From Eledone cirrhosa (Eukaryota), in contig OZ024748.1 in the NCBI GenBank assembly GCA_964016885.1, forward strand, positions 28,582,001 to 28,646,000: a DNA stretch of 64,000 nucleotides, written 5' to 3'. The notes under the pieces are model-generated. The model ran no database searches. It saw nothing but the letters and a program-made list of their open reading frames with translations, and was not told where the DNA came from. Positions 36,801 through 51,506 of this stretch are shown piece by piece. Numbering within the stretch: the stretch's first letter is position 1; every line of letters begins with the position of its first letter. The translations under genes and the position numbers were made by a program.

Positions 36801-39800
36801 CGTGATGGTATTGGTGGTGGTGGGCATGGTTAGATGGTCGTGATGGTATTGGTGGTGGTGGTGGTGGTGGTGGTGGACATGGCTAGATGGTCGTGATGGT
36901 ATTGGTGGTGGTGGACATGGTTAGATGGTCGTGATGGTATTGGTGGTGGTGGGCATGGCTAGATGGTCGTGATGGTATTGGTGGTGGTGGACATGGCTAG
37001 ATGGTCGTGATGGTATTGGTGGTGGTGGTGGTGGACATGGCTAGATGGTCGTGATGGTATTGGTGGTGGTGGGCATGGCTAGATGGTCGTGATGGTATTG
37101 GTGGTGGTGGTGGTGGACATGGCTAGATGGTCGTGATGGTATTGGTGGTGGTGGTGGTGGTGGTGGTGGACATGGCTAGATGGTCGTGATGGTATTGGTG
37201 GTGGTGGTGGTGGACATGGCTAGATGGTCGTGATGGTATTGGTGGTGGTGGTGGTGGACATGGCTAGATGGTCGTGATGGTATTGGTGGTGGTGGTGGTG
37301 GTGGTGGACATGGCTAGATGGTCGTGATGGTATTGGTGGTGGTGGTGGTGGTGGACATGGCTAGATGGTCGTGATGGTATTGGTGGTGGTGGTGGTGGTG
37401 GTGGTGGACATGGCTAGATGGTCGTGATGGTGGTGGTGGTGGTGGTGGTGGACATGGCTAGATGGTCGTGATGGTATTGGTGGTGGTGGTGGTGGTGGTG
37501 GACATGGCTAGATGGTCGTGATGGTATTGGTGGTGGTGGTGGTGGTGGTGGACATGGCTAGATGGTCGTGATGGTATTGGTGGTGGTGGTGGTGGTGGTG
37601 GCCATGGCTAGATGGTCGTGATGGTATTGGTGGTGGTGGTGGTGGTGGTGGACATGGCTAGATGGTCGTGATGGTATTGGTGGTGGTGGTGGTGGTGGTG
37701 GACATGGCTAGATGGTCGTGATGGTATTGGTGGTGGTGGTGGTGGTGGGCATGGCTAGATGGTCGTGATGGTATTGGTGGTGGTGGTGGTGGTGGTGGCC
37801 ATGGCTAGATGGTCGTGATGGTATTGGTATTGGTGGTGGTGGTGGTGGACATGGCTAGATGGTCGTGATGGTATTGGTGGTGGTGGTGGTGGTGGGACAT
37901 GGCTAGATGGTCGTGATGGTATTGGTGGTGGTGGTGGTGGTGGTGGACATGGCTAGATGGTCGTGATGGTATTGGTGGTGGTGGTGGTGGTGGTGGCCAT
38001 GGCTAGATGGTCGTGATGGTATTGGTGGTGGTGGTGGTGGTGGTGGACATGGCTAGATGGTCGTGATGGTGGTGGTGGTGGTGGTGGTGGTGGTGGTGGA
38101 CATGGCTAGATGGTCGTGATGGTGGTGGTGGTGGTGGTGGTGGTGGACATGGTTAGATGGTCGTGATGGTGGTGGTGGTGGTGGTGGTGGTGGTGGACAT
38201 GACTAGATGGTCGTGATGGTGGTGGTGGTGGTGGTGGTGGTGGTGGTGGTGGTGGTGGACATGGCTAGATGGTCGTGATGGTGGTGGTGGTGGTGGTGGT
38301 GGTGGTGGTGGTGGACATGGCTAGATGGTCGTGATGGTGGTGGTGGTGGTGGTGGTGGTGGACATGGCTAGATGGTCGTGATGGTATTGGTGGTGGTGGT
38401 GGTGGTGGACATGGTTAGATGGTCGTGATGGTGGTGGTGGTGGTGGTGGTGGTGGTGGACATGACTAGATGGTCGTGATGGTGGTGGTGGTGGTGGTGGT
38501 GGTGGTGGTGGTGGTGGTGGACATGGCTAGATGGTCGTGATGGTGGTGGTGGTGGTGGTGGTGGTGGTGGTGGTGGACATGGCTAGATGGTCGTGATGGT
38601 GGTGGTGGTGGTGGTGGTGGTGGACATGGCTAGATGGTCGTGATGGTGGTGGTGGTGGTGGTGGTGGTGGTGGACATGGCTAGATGGTCGTGATGGTATT
38701 GGTGGTGGTGGTGGTGGACATGGCTAGATGGTCGTGATGGTATTGGTGGTGGTGGTGGTGGTGGACATGGTTAGATGGTCGTGATGGTATTGGTGGTGGT
38801 GGTGGTGGTGGTGGTGGACATGGCTAGATGGTCGTGATGGTGGTGGTGGTGGTGGTGGTGGTGGTGGTGGTGGTGGTGGACATGGCTAGATGGTCGTGAT
38901 GGTGGTGGTGGTGGTGGTGGTGGTGGTGGTGGACATGGCTAGATGGTCGTGATGGTGGTGGTGGTGGTGGTGGTGGTGGTGGTGGTGGTGGTGGACATGG
39001 CTAGATGGTCGTGATGGTGGTGGTGGTGGTGGTGGTGGTGGTGGACATGGCTAGATGGTCGTGATGGTGGTGGTGGTGGTGGTGGTGGTGGTGGACATGG
39101 CTAGATGGTCGTGATGGTGGTGGTGGTGGTGGTGGTGGTGGTGGACATGGCTAGATGGTCGTGATGGTATTGGTGGTGGTGGTGGTGGTGGTGGTGGACA
39201 TGGTTAGATGGTCGTGATGGTATTGGTGGTGGTGGTGGTGGTGGTGGACATGACTAGATGGTCGTGATGGTGGTGGTGGTGGTGGTGGTGGTGGTGGACA
39301 TGGCTAGATGGTCGTGATGGTGGTGGTGGTGGTGGTGGTGGACATGGCTAGATGGTCGTGATGGTGGTGGTGGTGGTGGTGGTGGACATGGCTAGATGGT
39401 CGTGATGGTATTGGTGGTGGTGGTGGTGGTGGTGGACATGGCTAGATGGTCGTGATGGTGGTGGTGGTGGTGGTGGTGGTGGTGGACATGGCTAGATGGT
39501 CGTGATGGTGGTGGTGGTGGTGGTGGTGGTGGTGGACATGGCTAGATGGTCGTGATGGTGGTGGTGGTGGTGGTGGTGGTGGTGGTGGACATGGTTAGAT
39601 GGTCGTGATGGTATTGGTGGTGGTGGTGGTGGTGGTGGACATGACTAGATGGTCGTGATGGTATTGGTGGTGGTGGTGGTGGTGGTGGACATGACTAGAT
39701 GGTCGTGATGGTGGTGGTGGTGGTGGTGGTGGTGGTGGTGGACATGGCTAGATGGTCGTGATGGTATTGGTGGTGGTGGTGGTGGTGGTGGACATGACTA

Positions 39801-41155
39801 GATGGTCGTGATGGTGGTGGTGGTGGTGGTGGTGGTGGTGGTGGTGGACATGGCTAGATGGTCGTGATGGTATTGGTGGTGGTGGTGGTGGTGGTGGACA
39901 TGACTAGATGGTCGTGATGGTGGTGGTGGTGGTGGTGGTGGTGGTGGTGGACATGGCTAGATGGTCGTGATGGTATTGGTGGTGGTGGTGGTGGTGGTGG
40001 ACATGGCTAGATGGTCGTGATGGTATTGGTGGTGGTGGTGGTGGTGGTGGACATGACTAGATGGTCGTGATGGTGGTGGTGGTGGTGGTGGTGGTGGTGG
40101 TGGACATGGCTAGATGGTCGTGATGGTGGTGGTGGTGGTGGTGGTGGTGGTGGTGGACATGGCTAGATGGTCGTGATGGTGGTGGTGGTGGTGGTGGTGG
40201 TGGTGGACATGGTTAGATGGTCGTGATGGTATTGGTGGTGGTTGTGGTGGTGGTGGACATGACTAGATGGTCGTGATGGTATTGGTGGTGGTGGTGGTGG
40301 TGGTGGACATGACTAGATGGTCGTGATGGTATTGGTGGTGGTGGTGGTGGTGGTGGACATGGCTAGATGGTCGTGATGGTATTGGTGGTGGTGGTGGTGG
40401 TGGTGGACATGACTAGATGGTCGTGATGGTATTGGTGGTGGTGGTGGTGGTGGTGGACATGGCTAGATGGTCGTGATGGTATTGGTGGTGGTGGTGGTGG
40501 ACATGGCTAGATGGTCGTGATGGTGGTGGTGGTGGTGGTGGTGGTGGTGGTGGTGGTGGTGGTGGTGGTGGTGGTGGTGGTGGTGGTGGACATGGCTAGA
40601 TGGTCGTGATGGTGGTGGTGGTGGTGGTGGTGGTGGTGGTGGACATGGCTAGATGGTCGTGATGGTATTGGTGGTGGTGGTGGTGGTGGTGGTGGTGGTG
40701 GTGGTGGTGGTGGTGGACATGGCTAGATGGTCGTGATGGTGGTGGTGGTGGTGGTGGTGGTGGTGGTGGACATGGCTAGATGGTCGTGATGGTGGTGGTG
40801 GTGGTGGTGGTGGTGGTGGTGGTGGACATGGCTTGATGGTCGTGATGGTATTGGTGGTGGTGGTGGTGGTGGTGGACATGGCTAGATGGTCGTGATGGTG
40901 GTGGTGGTGGTGGTGGTGGTGGTGGTGGTGGTGGTGGTAGACATGGCTAGATGGTCGTGATGGTGGTGGTGGTGGTGGTGGTGGTGGTGGACATGGCTAG
41001 ATGGTCGTGATGGTGGTGGTGGTGGTGGTGGTGGTGGACATGGCTAGATGGTCGTGATGGTATTGGTGGTGGTGGTGGTGGTGGACATGGCTAGATGGTC
41101 GTGATGGTATTGGTGGTGGTGGTGGTGGTGGGCATGGCTAGATGGTCGTGATGGT
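33811..41155 (+). repeat. 7.3-kb satellite: core GGACATGG(C/T)TAGATGGTCGTGATGGT(ATT) alternating with variable (GGT)n
   Basis: Direct reading. Roughly 150 units (estimate). Core length 29 nt is not a multiple of 3, so the array is not coding. Confidence 0.95.
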
Positions 41156-41231
41156 AGTAGTCATGCTAAAGAAGTTGAGGAATATAATGATAGTGGGGTG
41201 AGTGGTAGGTAGTTGTGGTGGTTAGGTTTGG

Positions 41232-41232
<1 letters not shown>

Positions 41233-41320
<88 letters not shown>

Positions 41321-41403
41321 GTGGTGGTGGTGGTGGTGGTGGTGGTGGTGGTGGTGGTGGTGGTGGTGGTGGTGGTGGTGGTGGTGGTGGTGGTGGTGGT
41401 GGT
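41233..41403 (+). repeat. Compound (GTT)n(GGT)n microsatellite
   Basis: Direct reading. Confidence 0.95.
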
Positions 41404-41699
41404 GATTGTGCTACCATAAATATAAGAATTATCTTTTATTACTAATAATATCGTTTTCTCTTTTCCGAATATTAGGCAGAACAAAAGCCTCCCCAACTAA
41501 TACAGAGTTAAATTCCTGTCGTTACCAGTCACCATCACTTTCTTTCTCCTCCTCTCTCAATCACCCTCCCTTTCCCTATTTTTCTCTCCCTCATTCTCAA
41601 TCTCACTCTAGCCCCCCCCCCCTCTTTCTCTCACTTTGTCATTGTCACCGCCAATAAACAGCCACCACTCACCATTACTGTTCACCAGATCGCGATCAC

Positions 41700-42580
41700 A
41701 CCATCACTATCACGTAGAATCAGCCATACCACCAACACTACCAACACCACTACCACACCACCACCACCACTACCACTCTGCCTCCACTATCACACCACCA
41801 CCACACCACTACCACTACCACTCCAGCTCCTCTACTACACCACTAACACTCCACCACCACTACCACACCACTAACACTCCACCACCACTATCACACCACC
41901 ACTCCACTCCACCACCACTACCACACCACTTCACCACCACCACTCCACCACCACTACCAAATCACCAACACTCTACCACCACCACCACTACCACACTACC
42001 ACCACTACCACCACCCCACCACCACAAGACCACCAATCCACCACCCCACCAGTACACCACCAGCAGATCACACAGTACATCAGCACACCACCACCAACCC
42101 ATTACCACCACACCACACTACACCACACTTCACCACACCACACTTCACCACACAACACTACACTACACCACACCTCACCACACAACACTACACTACACCA
42201 CACCACACTTCACCACACTTCACCACACAACACTACACTACACTACACTACACCACACCACACTACACCACACTACACTACACCAAACTAAATCAAAACT
42301 ACACTACACCACACCACACTACACAACACCACACTTCACCACACCACACTACACGACACTACACCACACTACACTTCACCACACTACACTACACCACATC
42401 ACTCTACACCACACTTCACAATACCACATTACACCAAACTAAACCAAAACTACACTACACCACACCACACTACACAACACCACACTTCACCACACCACAC
42501 TACACGACACTACACCACACCACACTACACTTCACCACACTACACTACACCATACCACACTACACCACACTGCACTACAA
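41700..42580 (+). repeat. Degenerate CAC/CACTA/CACCA low-complexity repeat
   Basis: Direct reading. Confidence 0.85.
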
Positions 42581-42599
42581 CGCCAAAGCACCATTTTAT

Positions 42600-42722
42600 T
42601 AAATTATGATTTTAAGATGGAGTATCTACCATCTAAAAAATTAGGACACACTGATGGTCCATTAAGATTGATGCCTAAAATTAGTGAACTGTTTGAAGAC
42701 ACAGTGGTCGCGGCATTAAGAG
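42600..42722 (+). pseudogene. Gypsy LTR-retrotransposon pol fragment (RNase H C-terminus)
   Basis: NYDFKMEYLPSKKLGHTDGPLRLMP resembles the YDF.IEY.PG....ADGLSR motif. Confidence 0.6.
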
Positions 42723-42799
42723 CTATATATAGGAAAATGTATGACCCCGACGGCAGACTCAAGCCGTTTCGACGGCTATTTCTGGACGTGTATGTATAA

Positions 42800-43650
<851 letters not shown>

Positions 43651-44291
43651 AATGTTATTATTAATATTCGAAAAACTCAGATTACATTTATTGTATTCAG
43701 CCATGTAGAGCGAAATTTTCATTTTGTTTGAATTTGGCAAAGCCGGCCATTTATCGCTCGTAAACAGGAAACTGACTGGCCAGTCTGCTGATATGCAAAT
43801 CTGGCTGATCAGTGGATCTGCTAATATGAAGATCTGACTGATCAGCCAGCCTGCTAATATGCAAATCAGGCCGATCAGTCACTGTGTATTTTTGAAAATA
43901 GCATAGATTTTCACTAGCTCTGACATGTTTTTCAGTTTTTTTTTATGTTTTCCTCTCTTTACGTTGCCTCACCATTCGTGTCTGTTTACATGTCTTTTTC
44001 TTTCTCCACCCAATAACTTATTTTAGTTATTGTATCGCCCTAGGCGGAGGTATATTGTCTGTAATGCGAAGAAATACCTATGATGCCTAGTAGACAACTG
44101 ATGATGGATTGGATATTCCTAACTTCTATTTCTAATTATTCATTTTATATATATATATATATATATATATCACGATAAATTAACGGAGCCATAGACTCTC
44201 GCCATTCCTGTAAATAATGTGCTCAAAGGAGAGGAAATCCTGAGCTCTTTAAAATACAATGTGTTGAAAAGGTGTGTTACCTTTTCAACAT

Positions 44292-44379
<88 letters not shown>

Positions 44380-44386
<7 letters not shown>

Positions 44387-44883
44387 ATACTTGGGGAGGG
44401 TCATATATGTGTAATATTCCCAGAATTAATAACAGAACACACTCACTGTTTGGTTGGTTTATATATATATATTCGTTTCTGAATTTGTTTAGCAACATTT
44501 TTTATCTGAAAACGTGTGTTGAAACCGATATTGTTATACTTTGGGAGGGTCATGTTGCCAATAAGAAACACACGCACCAGTTGCATTCACTCCAATTTAT
44601 TATAAATTAAAAATTTTTTTTAAATTAAATAAAAAAAAAAAATAATAAATTTCCGGTTGGTTGGTTGGTTGGTTGGTTCCACAACCGGACGGTTGTTCAT
44701 ATATTGTCAAAGTTCTTTTGTCACACATTCTGTGACCTCTTCAGTGACTGGGGATTCTTTTCTTTGTTTTGTGCCTCTCCTTTGTTCTGTCCTACGCCAT
44801 CTTGTTTTTTGAAAAAACAAGATGGCGTAGAACAGCAACTGGTGCGTGTGTTTCTTATTGGCAACATGACTCTCCCAAAGTAT

Positions 44884-44890
<7 letters not shown>
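44380..44890. mobile_element. (TA)n-embedded PLE-derived element with mutated hammerhead (44706-44748, minus, G12>A) and inverted end
   Basis: Same module as 21414-21700; hairpin CTACGCCATCTTGTTTTTT-G-AAAAAACAAGATGGCGTAG at 44792-44830; inverted terminal copy at 44835-44890. Confidence 0.7.
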
Positions 44891-44971
<81 letters not shown>

Positions 44972-45237
44972 ATATATATATATATATATGTATACATATG
45001 TAAGTATGTACACATATCAATTTGAAAGTGTTCCACGTGGTTAAGATCATATGAAATGAATAAAAGAAATGCGGACAAAGACACCGGGAAAATAGACGAA
45101 ACACAGGATAGTCTCTTCTCATATATGTAATGTATGTCGGTATGTATGCATATTTACATATATGTACGTCCTTGTATATATGTAATGTATGTATGTATAC
45201 ATACATATATATGTATGTATACATATATATATATATA

Positions 45238-45311
<74 letters not shown>

Positions 45312-46045
45312 TCAATTCACTTAACTGTAGCTGAGTCAAGCTAACTGTAATTAGATTCGAAGCATAACCTAATGAGTGTGAGTAATTAGCTAATTACTTT
45401 AATTGCGTAACGATAATTAACATGCGTTACGTTAGTTTGTTTGAATGAGAGAGTGCATATAGGTAGGATGATGGGTGTGAGAGAGGAAAGGAGGTAGCTA
45501 GGGAATGTGAAAGAGTGGGAGTGAGTGAATGAGTGAATGGCTGCATGAGAAAGTGGCGGAGGAAGTGAGAGAGGACTGGTGTGATTGAACGAGTGAGTGA
45601 GGGATGGTGTGAGTGGACGGAACGGGTGAGTGAAAGAAGGAGAGAGAAATGATGTGAGTGAGCGAGTGAGTAAATAAGGGTGACTCTGTGAAGGAGGAGG
45701 AAATGTGTGAATGAGTGAATGAGCGAGGGGTGGTGTGAGTGAGGGGATTGGTGAGAAAACTGAATGAGTGAGTGAAAGAAAGAATGAGTGATTGCGTCGT
45801 GAGGAAAAGAATGAATATTTGATTCAGTGAGAGAATGAAGGAGTTAGTGAATTAGTGAAGGAGAGAGTGAGTGAGTTAGTGAGTTAGTCAATGTGTGAGT
45901 GAAAGAAAGAATGAGTGATTGACTGATGGAGTGAGGGTGAGAGTGAATAAGTAAGTGATTGAAAAAGTCTAAGATTTGGAAAGGAAACGGGAAAGTGCGC
46001 GGTTTAAGATCCAACATAGGCCCAACAACATGTATGTATATATAT

Positions 46046-46164
46046 ATAGGAAAAAGTATGACCCCGACGGCAGAGCTCAAGCCGTTTCGACGGCTATTTC
46101 TGGAGTCCAGAAATAGCCGTCGAAACGGCTTGAGCTCTGCTGTCGGGGTCATACTTTTTCCTAT
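46046..46164. repeat. Palindrome, 59-bp arms, 1-nt spacer
   Basis: ATAGGAAAAAG..TTTCTGGA-G-TCCAGAAA..CTTTTTCCTAT, one mismatch. Confidence 0.92.
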
Positions 46165-46240
46165 TTCCCACTCTACTACCCTAAGTATTGAGTTCTCTGG
46201 TGCGTTATGGTCCATCTGGTTCCTTACCACAATTCCTTTG

Positions 46241-46276
<36 letters not shown>

Positions 46277-46439
46277 GTTTGAATTTGTAAAGCCAAACAA
46301 TGCAGGTATGGACATAGAATAAAAAAAAATGCAAATACATAAGATATTGTTGACAATTAGTCTTTTACCTTAGATTTATTTAAATGTCCTTAATTTTCGA
46401 GATAATATATCTTCTTCGGAGGGAAGTAAAGCGGTTAAA

Positions 46440-47000
46440 CCATAACATTATGATGGAAGGTTTTTAGATATATATAAACACTTTAACCTTTTCATTACCA
46501 TATTTCTAATGGTGGTTCTAAAGAGTTGAGGAACTGTGGGGTAATTGACAGATTCCAACTGTTCCATTACAATGTTGACAGATCGATAGAACTTCGAAAC
46601 ATTTTGAATTCTTTTTAACATCTCTTGATTTACCAGTTTCACAATCAGATTTTCGGGGCCAATATAGCCCTTTCATTGAGCCACTTGTGACTTGCAGACT
46701 GATAATCAAGATTAGGGAACACTTTCTACAAGATGGAATAATGATTCCACCATTGTGTCTATGGAATTTACATCAATAGCTCCCTTTCTATCTACAGGAA
46801 GTCTTCCTTCCCCAAGCATCAATATATTCTGGGCGAACTGCTCTGATTGTTTGTCTCTACCAAGATATGCCCTCATGTTTGTAGTGGGATTCAAATTTTT
46901 GATAGAAGTCCAAAGTATCGATTTCTTTCAAATAGGCTCGGATTTTATCAATCTTATTACCTTTTGGAATGACTGGGAGAGTTTGTCTAAAATCTTCTCC
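46440..47000 (-). pseudogene. Helitron PIF1-like helicase fragment
   Basis: EDFRQTLPVIPKG, TTNMRA, FAQNILMLGEGRLP, WLNERAILAPK and VNYPT motifs over several frames. A possible Helitron 5' end (TACTATATATATAAA, minus) lies at ~47458. Confidence 0.85.
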
Positions 47001-47003
47001 TCT

Positions 47004-47065
<62 letters not shown>

Positions 47066-47759
47066 CACTACTACCACTACCACTACCACTACTACTAATA
47101 CTGCCACCACCACCACCACAACCACCACCATTGAAGATATAGGAAGAGAGTGAGAGAGTGTGGTAAATATATATAGAGAGGAAGAAAGCGTAAAATACAG
47201 AGAGAGACAGATATATATATAGAGAGAGGTATTGTGACAGTTGTGATGATATTCTATATTGACGATCTTGAAGTTGATTTATATCTCATAACAATTAGAT
47301 TTTTTAATAAATAACAACCCTACAACATTCTCCCTGGGACGATATTTCGAAAATGAAAACCGTTTTTCTCTGGGATGCACCGTTTCGGAACCTTTGAGAG
47401 ACATACACATATACATATATACACATATACACATACATCCTCATTTATATATATAGTATAAACAAAGTTTCATACACTTATGTGCTACTATTGGCCACCA
47501 CTGTATAATGGAGGAGGCAAATTTAATCTGTCCCTTCATTCAGGTACGTGGACAAAAATATGAAAAAATGAAGTTGTTGTCCCTAGGCTAAAGCTCCCTC
47601 CGAACTGTGGAGAAATATATTTGAAACAGGGGAGGCAAATCTGACTTGTAATCTGTCTGCATACGAATCAAAATTCCTAGGGCTATTCTGTCCAGTGGGT
47701 AAAGGGAGGTGACTGATGAATTTGTAGATAGTTAAAATGATTAAGTCAAGTTGTTGTAT

Positions 47760-47815
<56 letters not shown>

Positions 47816-48054
47816 CACGCACGCACGCACGCATGCACGCACGCACGCGCACACACACACACGCACACACAAACACGCGCACACACACACACACACATGC
47901 ACACACACACACAGACACAGATAACGAATATTAAGATACAAAAATATAATAGACATGCATTTGCGCGCATATGTGCGTTCATACATGTATAATTTTGCAT
48001 ACAACTGAACGGGTAGCTATATATATATACATGCAGACATAATGCACACACACA

Positions 48055-48149
<95 letters not shown>

Positions 48150-48859
48150 TCGTAAACATGCATATTTACTCAAAATTTGTGTCTTTATTGGTGCTTCACA
48201 AATTTTAAGTTGCATGTCTGTGTGATCGTTTGTGTGATGTAATCTTAATGTCTCTTTCAAAAATTCGCCAATCTGCGTATGCACGCGGTGTGCTCATTGA
48301 GTTGTAAGATAGTTAGATTGTGTTATGGAGGGTTCATGAGGTCCGGTGACATGGTGTCATATAGTGTGGGTCTCCAGCTTGATAAAAATTACGCTTTTTG
48401 ATTCAAGCATGGCCTGAACATTTCTGTTTTTCAGTTTAGGTATACATCTGGTGAGTATAGACATTTTAAGATCCTGAATTTCCCATTTAGGCAGAGCGAA
48501 CCCTTTTTATATGGTGTTGAGTTTTCAAGCTCCTTCCATGTGATGTCATTCGTTTAGCTTTCAGGCCCTTTTTTGTCAGTGCTGTGGGGGTTTTCATGTT
48601 GAAGTATCTAACTGAGGAAAGGTGCAGGTAGAACTTTTATTTAAAACGGTCTTGGACAATACCTACATATTTTCGCGGGTTTCTAGCTTGTTAGCGTTGG
48701 TGTATTTGATGTCTGCTTCGTAAATTATGGATTTCACATTTCAGTTTTGCTCTCATAGATAGTCGTCTTTTTACCTGCAAGAGCATTCCGGATATTCATA
48801 TGCTTTGTTCTTTGCAGTCATTTTCGATTGCATGGATGGGGCACAAGAATAGGAGATCC

Positions 48860-49720
48860 TCAGTGCTCAAACACTTCTTTCAGTGGGCCCTGTCAGAAGC
48901 AGCCGTCTCAAACCTATCCGCCTGGATCCCCAAGTGAGACCAGACCAGCTAAGCTCATGGATTTTATTCAACCACCTTGCTCGGAGTCTACTTCTGGTTT
49001 TGCCAATAAAATCTGTCCCGCGATTCTTTCCTAAGACATTCTAAGCATATGCCCATAGTATCGGAGTTGTGATCTCTCAATTTGGAGAAGTAGCGGCTCT
49101 ACCTGGAGTGACTCTCTGATCTCCGAGCTACGCACTCTATCGATTAACGTTAGTCCAAAGACCATAGGAGGAACCTTACTTCGGCCGCTTGTATTCACGA
49201 TCGTATTCTTTCGGTCATTACCCAAGATTCATGACTATAGGAAAGGGTTGGCTCGAAAACCAAATTGAAGATAATGAGTTTGGCTTTTACATTTACCTCC
49301 CTTCTGATTACCCAATGGCGCATTAGTGTAGCAGCTCCTGCAATTCTTACACTTAATTCAGCCTCCTGCCTTTCATCACTCGTGAACACGGACCTGAGAT
49401 ACTTGAACTTCTCTACCTGCTTCAGTGGAACTCCATTCACATGTAGCATGCACTGCGCAGGCTTCCTTGAGAGGACGAGTGTCTCAGTTTTCGCAGCACT
49501 GATTTTCATTCCAGCCATGCAGCACTCGACATCAAACCTATCACGTGCAAGTTGGAGATCACCTTCTGTCGAGTTAAGTAACACTATGTCATCTGTAAAT
49601 TCCAGCCGTCTAATTTTACATCCGCCAGTCATAAACCTACTTCCAACCCAGCTGCGCATGTCACACGAAATTGTTCTAGCAGGTAGAGAGATGTAGAGTT
49701 TAGCCAAACATTCCAGCCCT
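48860..49720 (-). pseudogene. RTE-clade non-LTR reverse transcriptase 3' fragment
   Basis: FTDDIVLL, GMKISAAKTE, QVEKFKYL, PTLSYSHESWVMTERIRS, DRVRSSEIRESL..IERSQLRYYGHMLRM. Confidence 0.88.
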
Positions 49721-50550
49721 CTCGATAGGGTTGGCACCTTGATAAAGGTTAGTTCAATGCATCTGGTCAGACTTCTACTGCATTCACGCAAACCAACCAC
49801 ATAAACAACACGCAATTCACTTGGTTCCTTGCTATTTTCTTGCATTGTCAACAATAGCTTCGATGTAAGTTATTTCTTTATAAAAAAAAAATATTATAGT
49901 AACGATGTTTGTTATTGTGCATCTGATATTGTTAATGGCAGTTTTACTTTCAGCCTTCAACTTTCAACTAGTGACTTTGACATCAAGTACAGCCACAAAT
50001 CTCGACTCACTGAGACACGTCCACTCAATTCATTTGCCATAAGTCACAAGCACCCCAACAGCGCTTATATGGAAGAGAGCAATTCACGGAATCACCCACC
50101 AAGCCAACAACATTACTACTACATCTGCCACTCCAAAGTGGACTATAATACGAAACCCGAACCAGACTCTTCACACGCTACATCAAAAATACATTCTATC
50201 GCTAACCAAAATAGATTATATCGCTACACACACATACACACAGACACACACACATACAATTACATATATATATAAAATATATATGTGTGCGCACACACAC
50301 ACATATATATATGTGTAAAGGTCAAAGCCGCCACCCCACTTCCTCCATTCCTCCCTTGTCATTCTTCTCATCCTCCCCTTCATCTCTGTCTTCGACTTAA
50401 TGTAGGCGATAGGGAGAGGGAGAAATGTGGAAATGGATAGAGTATAGGGTTCGGGCGGAGGTGGAGTGTACACAGGGAACAGATGATGGGGCGAGAAATA
50501 CACACACATATATATATATATATATATACATAGATAGAGAGGGGATAGAG

Positions 50551-50644
<94 letters not shown>

Positions 50645-50715
50645 ATAGATAGATAATTCGATATCTTATAGATAATTAGAGAGATTGGTAGATAGATAGA
50701 TAAATAAATAGATAT

Positions 50716-50932
50716 GTTTCTTTATTAGCCACAGGGGCACAAAAGAAGGGGACAGTACAAAGGGGGAAGTTTACATACAATAAAAACGTGTAAACTACTA
50801 TCACAAATGCAATTTAAAAATTAATCGATTTTCCCCAATAGGGGGAGATATTACATATGGGTAACACATACCCCCGAAAAAATGTGCAACCCTCATCTCC
50901 CGGAGTACGAAGAGTGAGTACCCCTTTCCTTA
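50716..50932 (-). mobile_element. 5'-truncated Tx1-like copy (3'UTR only) within (TATC)n
   Basis: Minus strand TCCCCCTATTGGGGA hairpin and terminus TTGTACTGTCCCC..GCCCCTGTGGCTAATAAAGAAAC followed by ATATCTAT. Confidence 0.75.
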
Positions 50933-50933
50933 A

Positions 50934-50984
<51 letters not shown>

Positions 50985-50993
50985 GATAGATAT

Positions 50994-51506
50994 GTTTCTT
51001 TTATTTGCCACTAGGGCATCAAAAGTGGGACAAGTACAATGGGGGGAGTTTACATAACAAGGCGTCCTCAATAAGGAGGAGGCAATAACAAAATATAAAA
51101 ATAAAATAAGATATAACAAAAAATAAAATTTTTAACAAAATCCTCAATAGAGAGGAGGCGCCTTGGGGGGTCGCACACACCCCCGAAAAAAGTGTGCAAC
51201 CCTTCTCCTCAGGAGCACAGAGAAGGGGTGCTCCCTTGGTCTTTCATCTTCCTCACCTATAGTCTGATGTAGAGTGAAGGCCCATTCACACGGGCCATTC
51301 TCGCCACTTTCACCCATCTTTCATAGAAACGGCTGGGGTGCAGCACCTCTCTCTCCATCCTGATCCTTCTTCCGAAATGATATCGGAAGAAACGGACCAG
51401 TTGTTGGCCAGAGAGAAAGGTGCCTGACCTCAGTCCTTTCAGACGCGTCCACCATACAACCTCTTTCGCCATGGCTATTACGCACAGAAACACCGCCTCT
51501 GCTTCT
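50994..51506 (-). mobile_element. 5'-truncated Tx1-like copy (ORF2 C-terminus + 3'UTR) within (TATC)n
   Basis: ORF 51257-51493 AMAKEVVWWTRLKGL..ERWVKVARMARVNGP is homologous to the ORF2 end at ~12250-12483; (GATA)n on both sides. Confidence 0.88.

Noticed and set aside
33811-41155. CRISPR-like repeat-spacer array
   Set aside because: Spacers are only (GGT)n, there are no cas genes, and the context is eukaryotic.
48170-48800. Possible further PLE endonuclease relic (also ~49900-50220) and RTE relic at ~62950-63420
   Set aside because: Motif matches are too degraded to call without a profile search.
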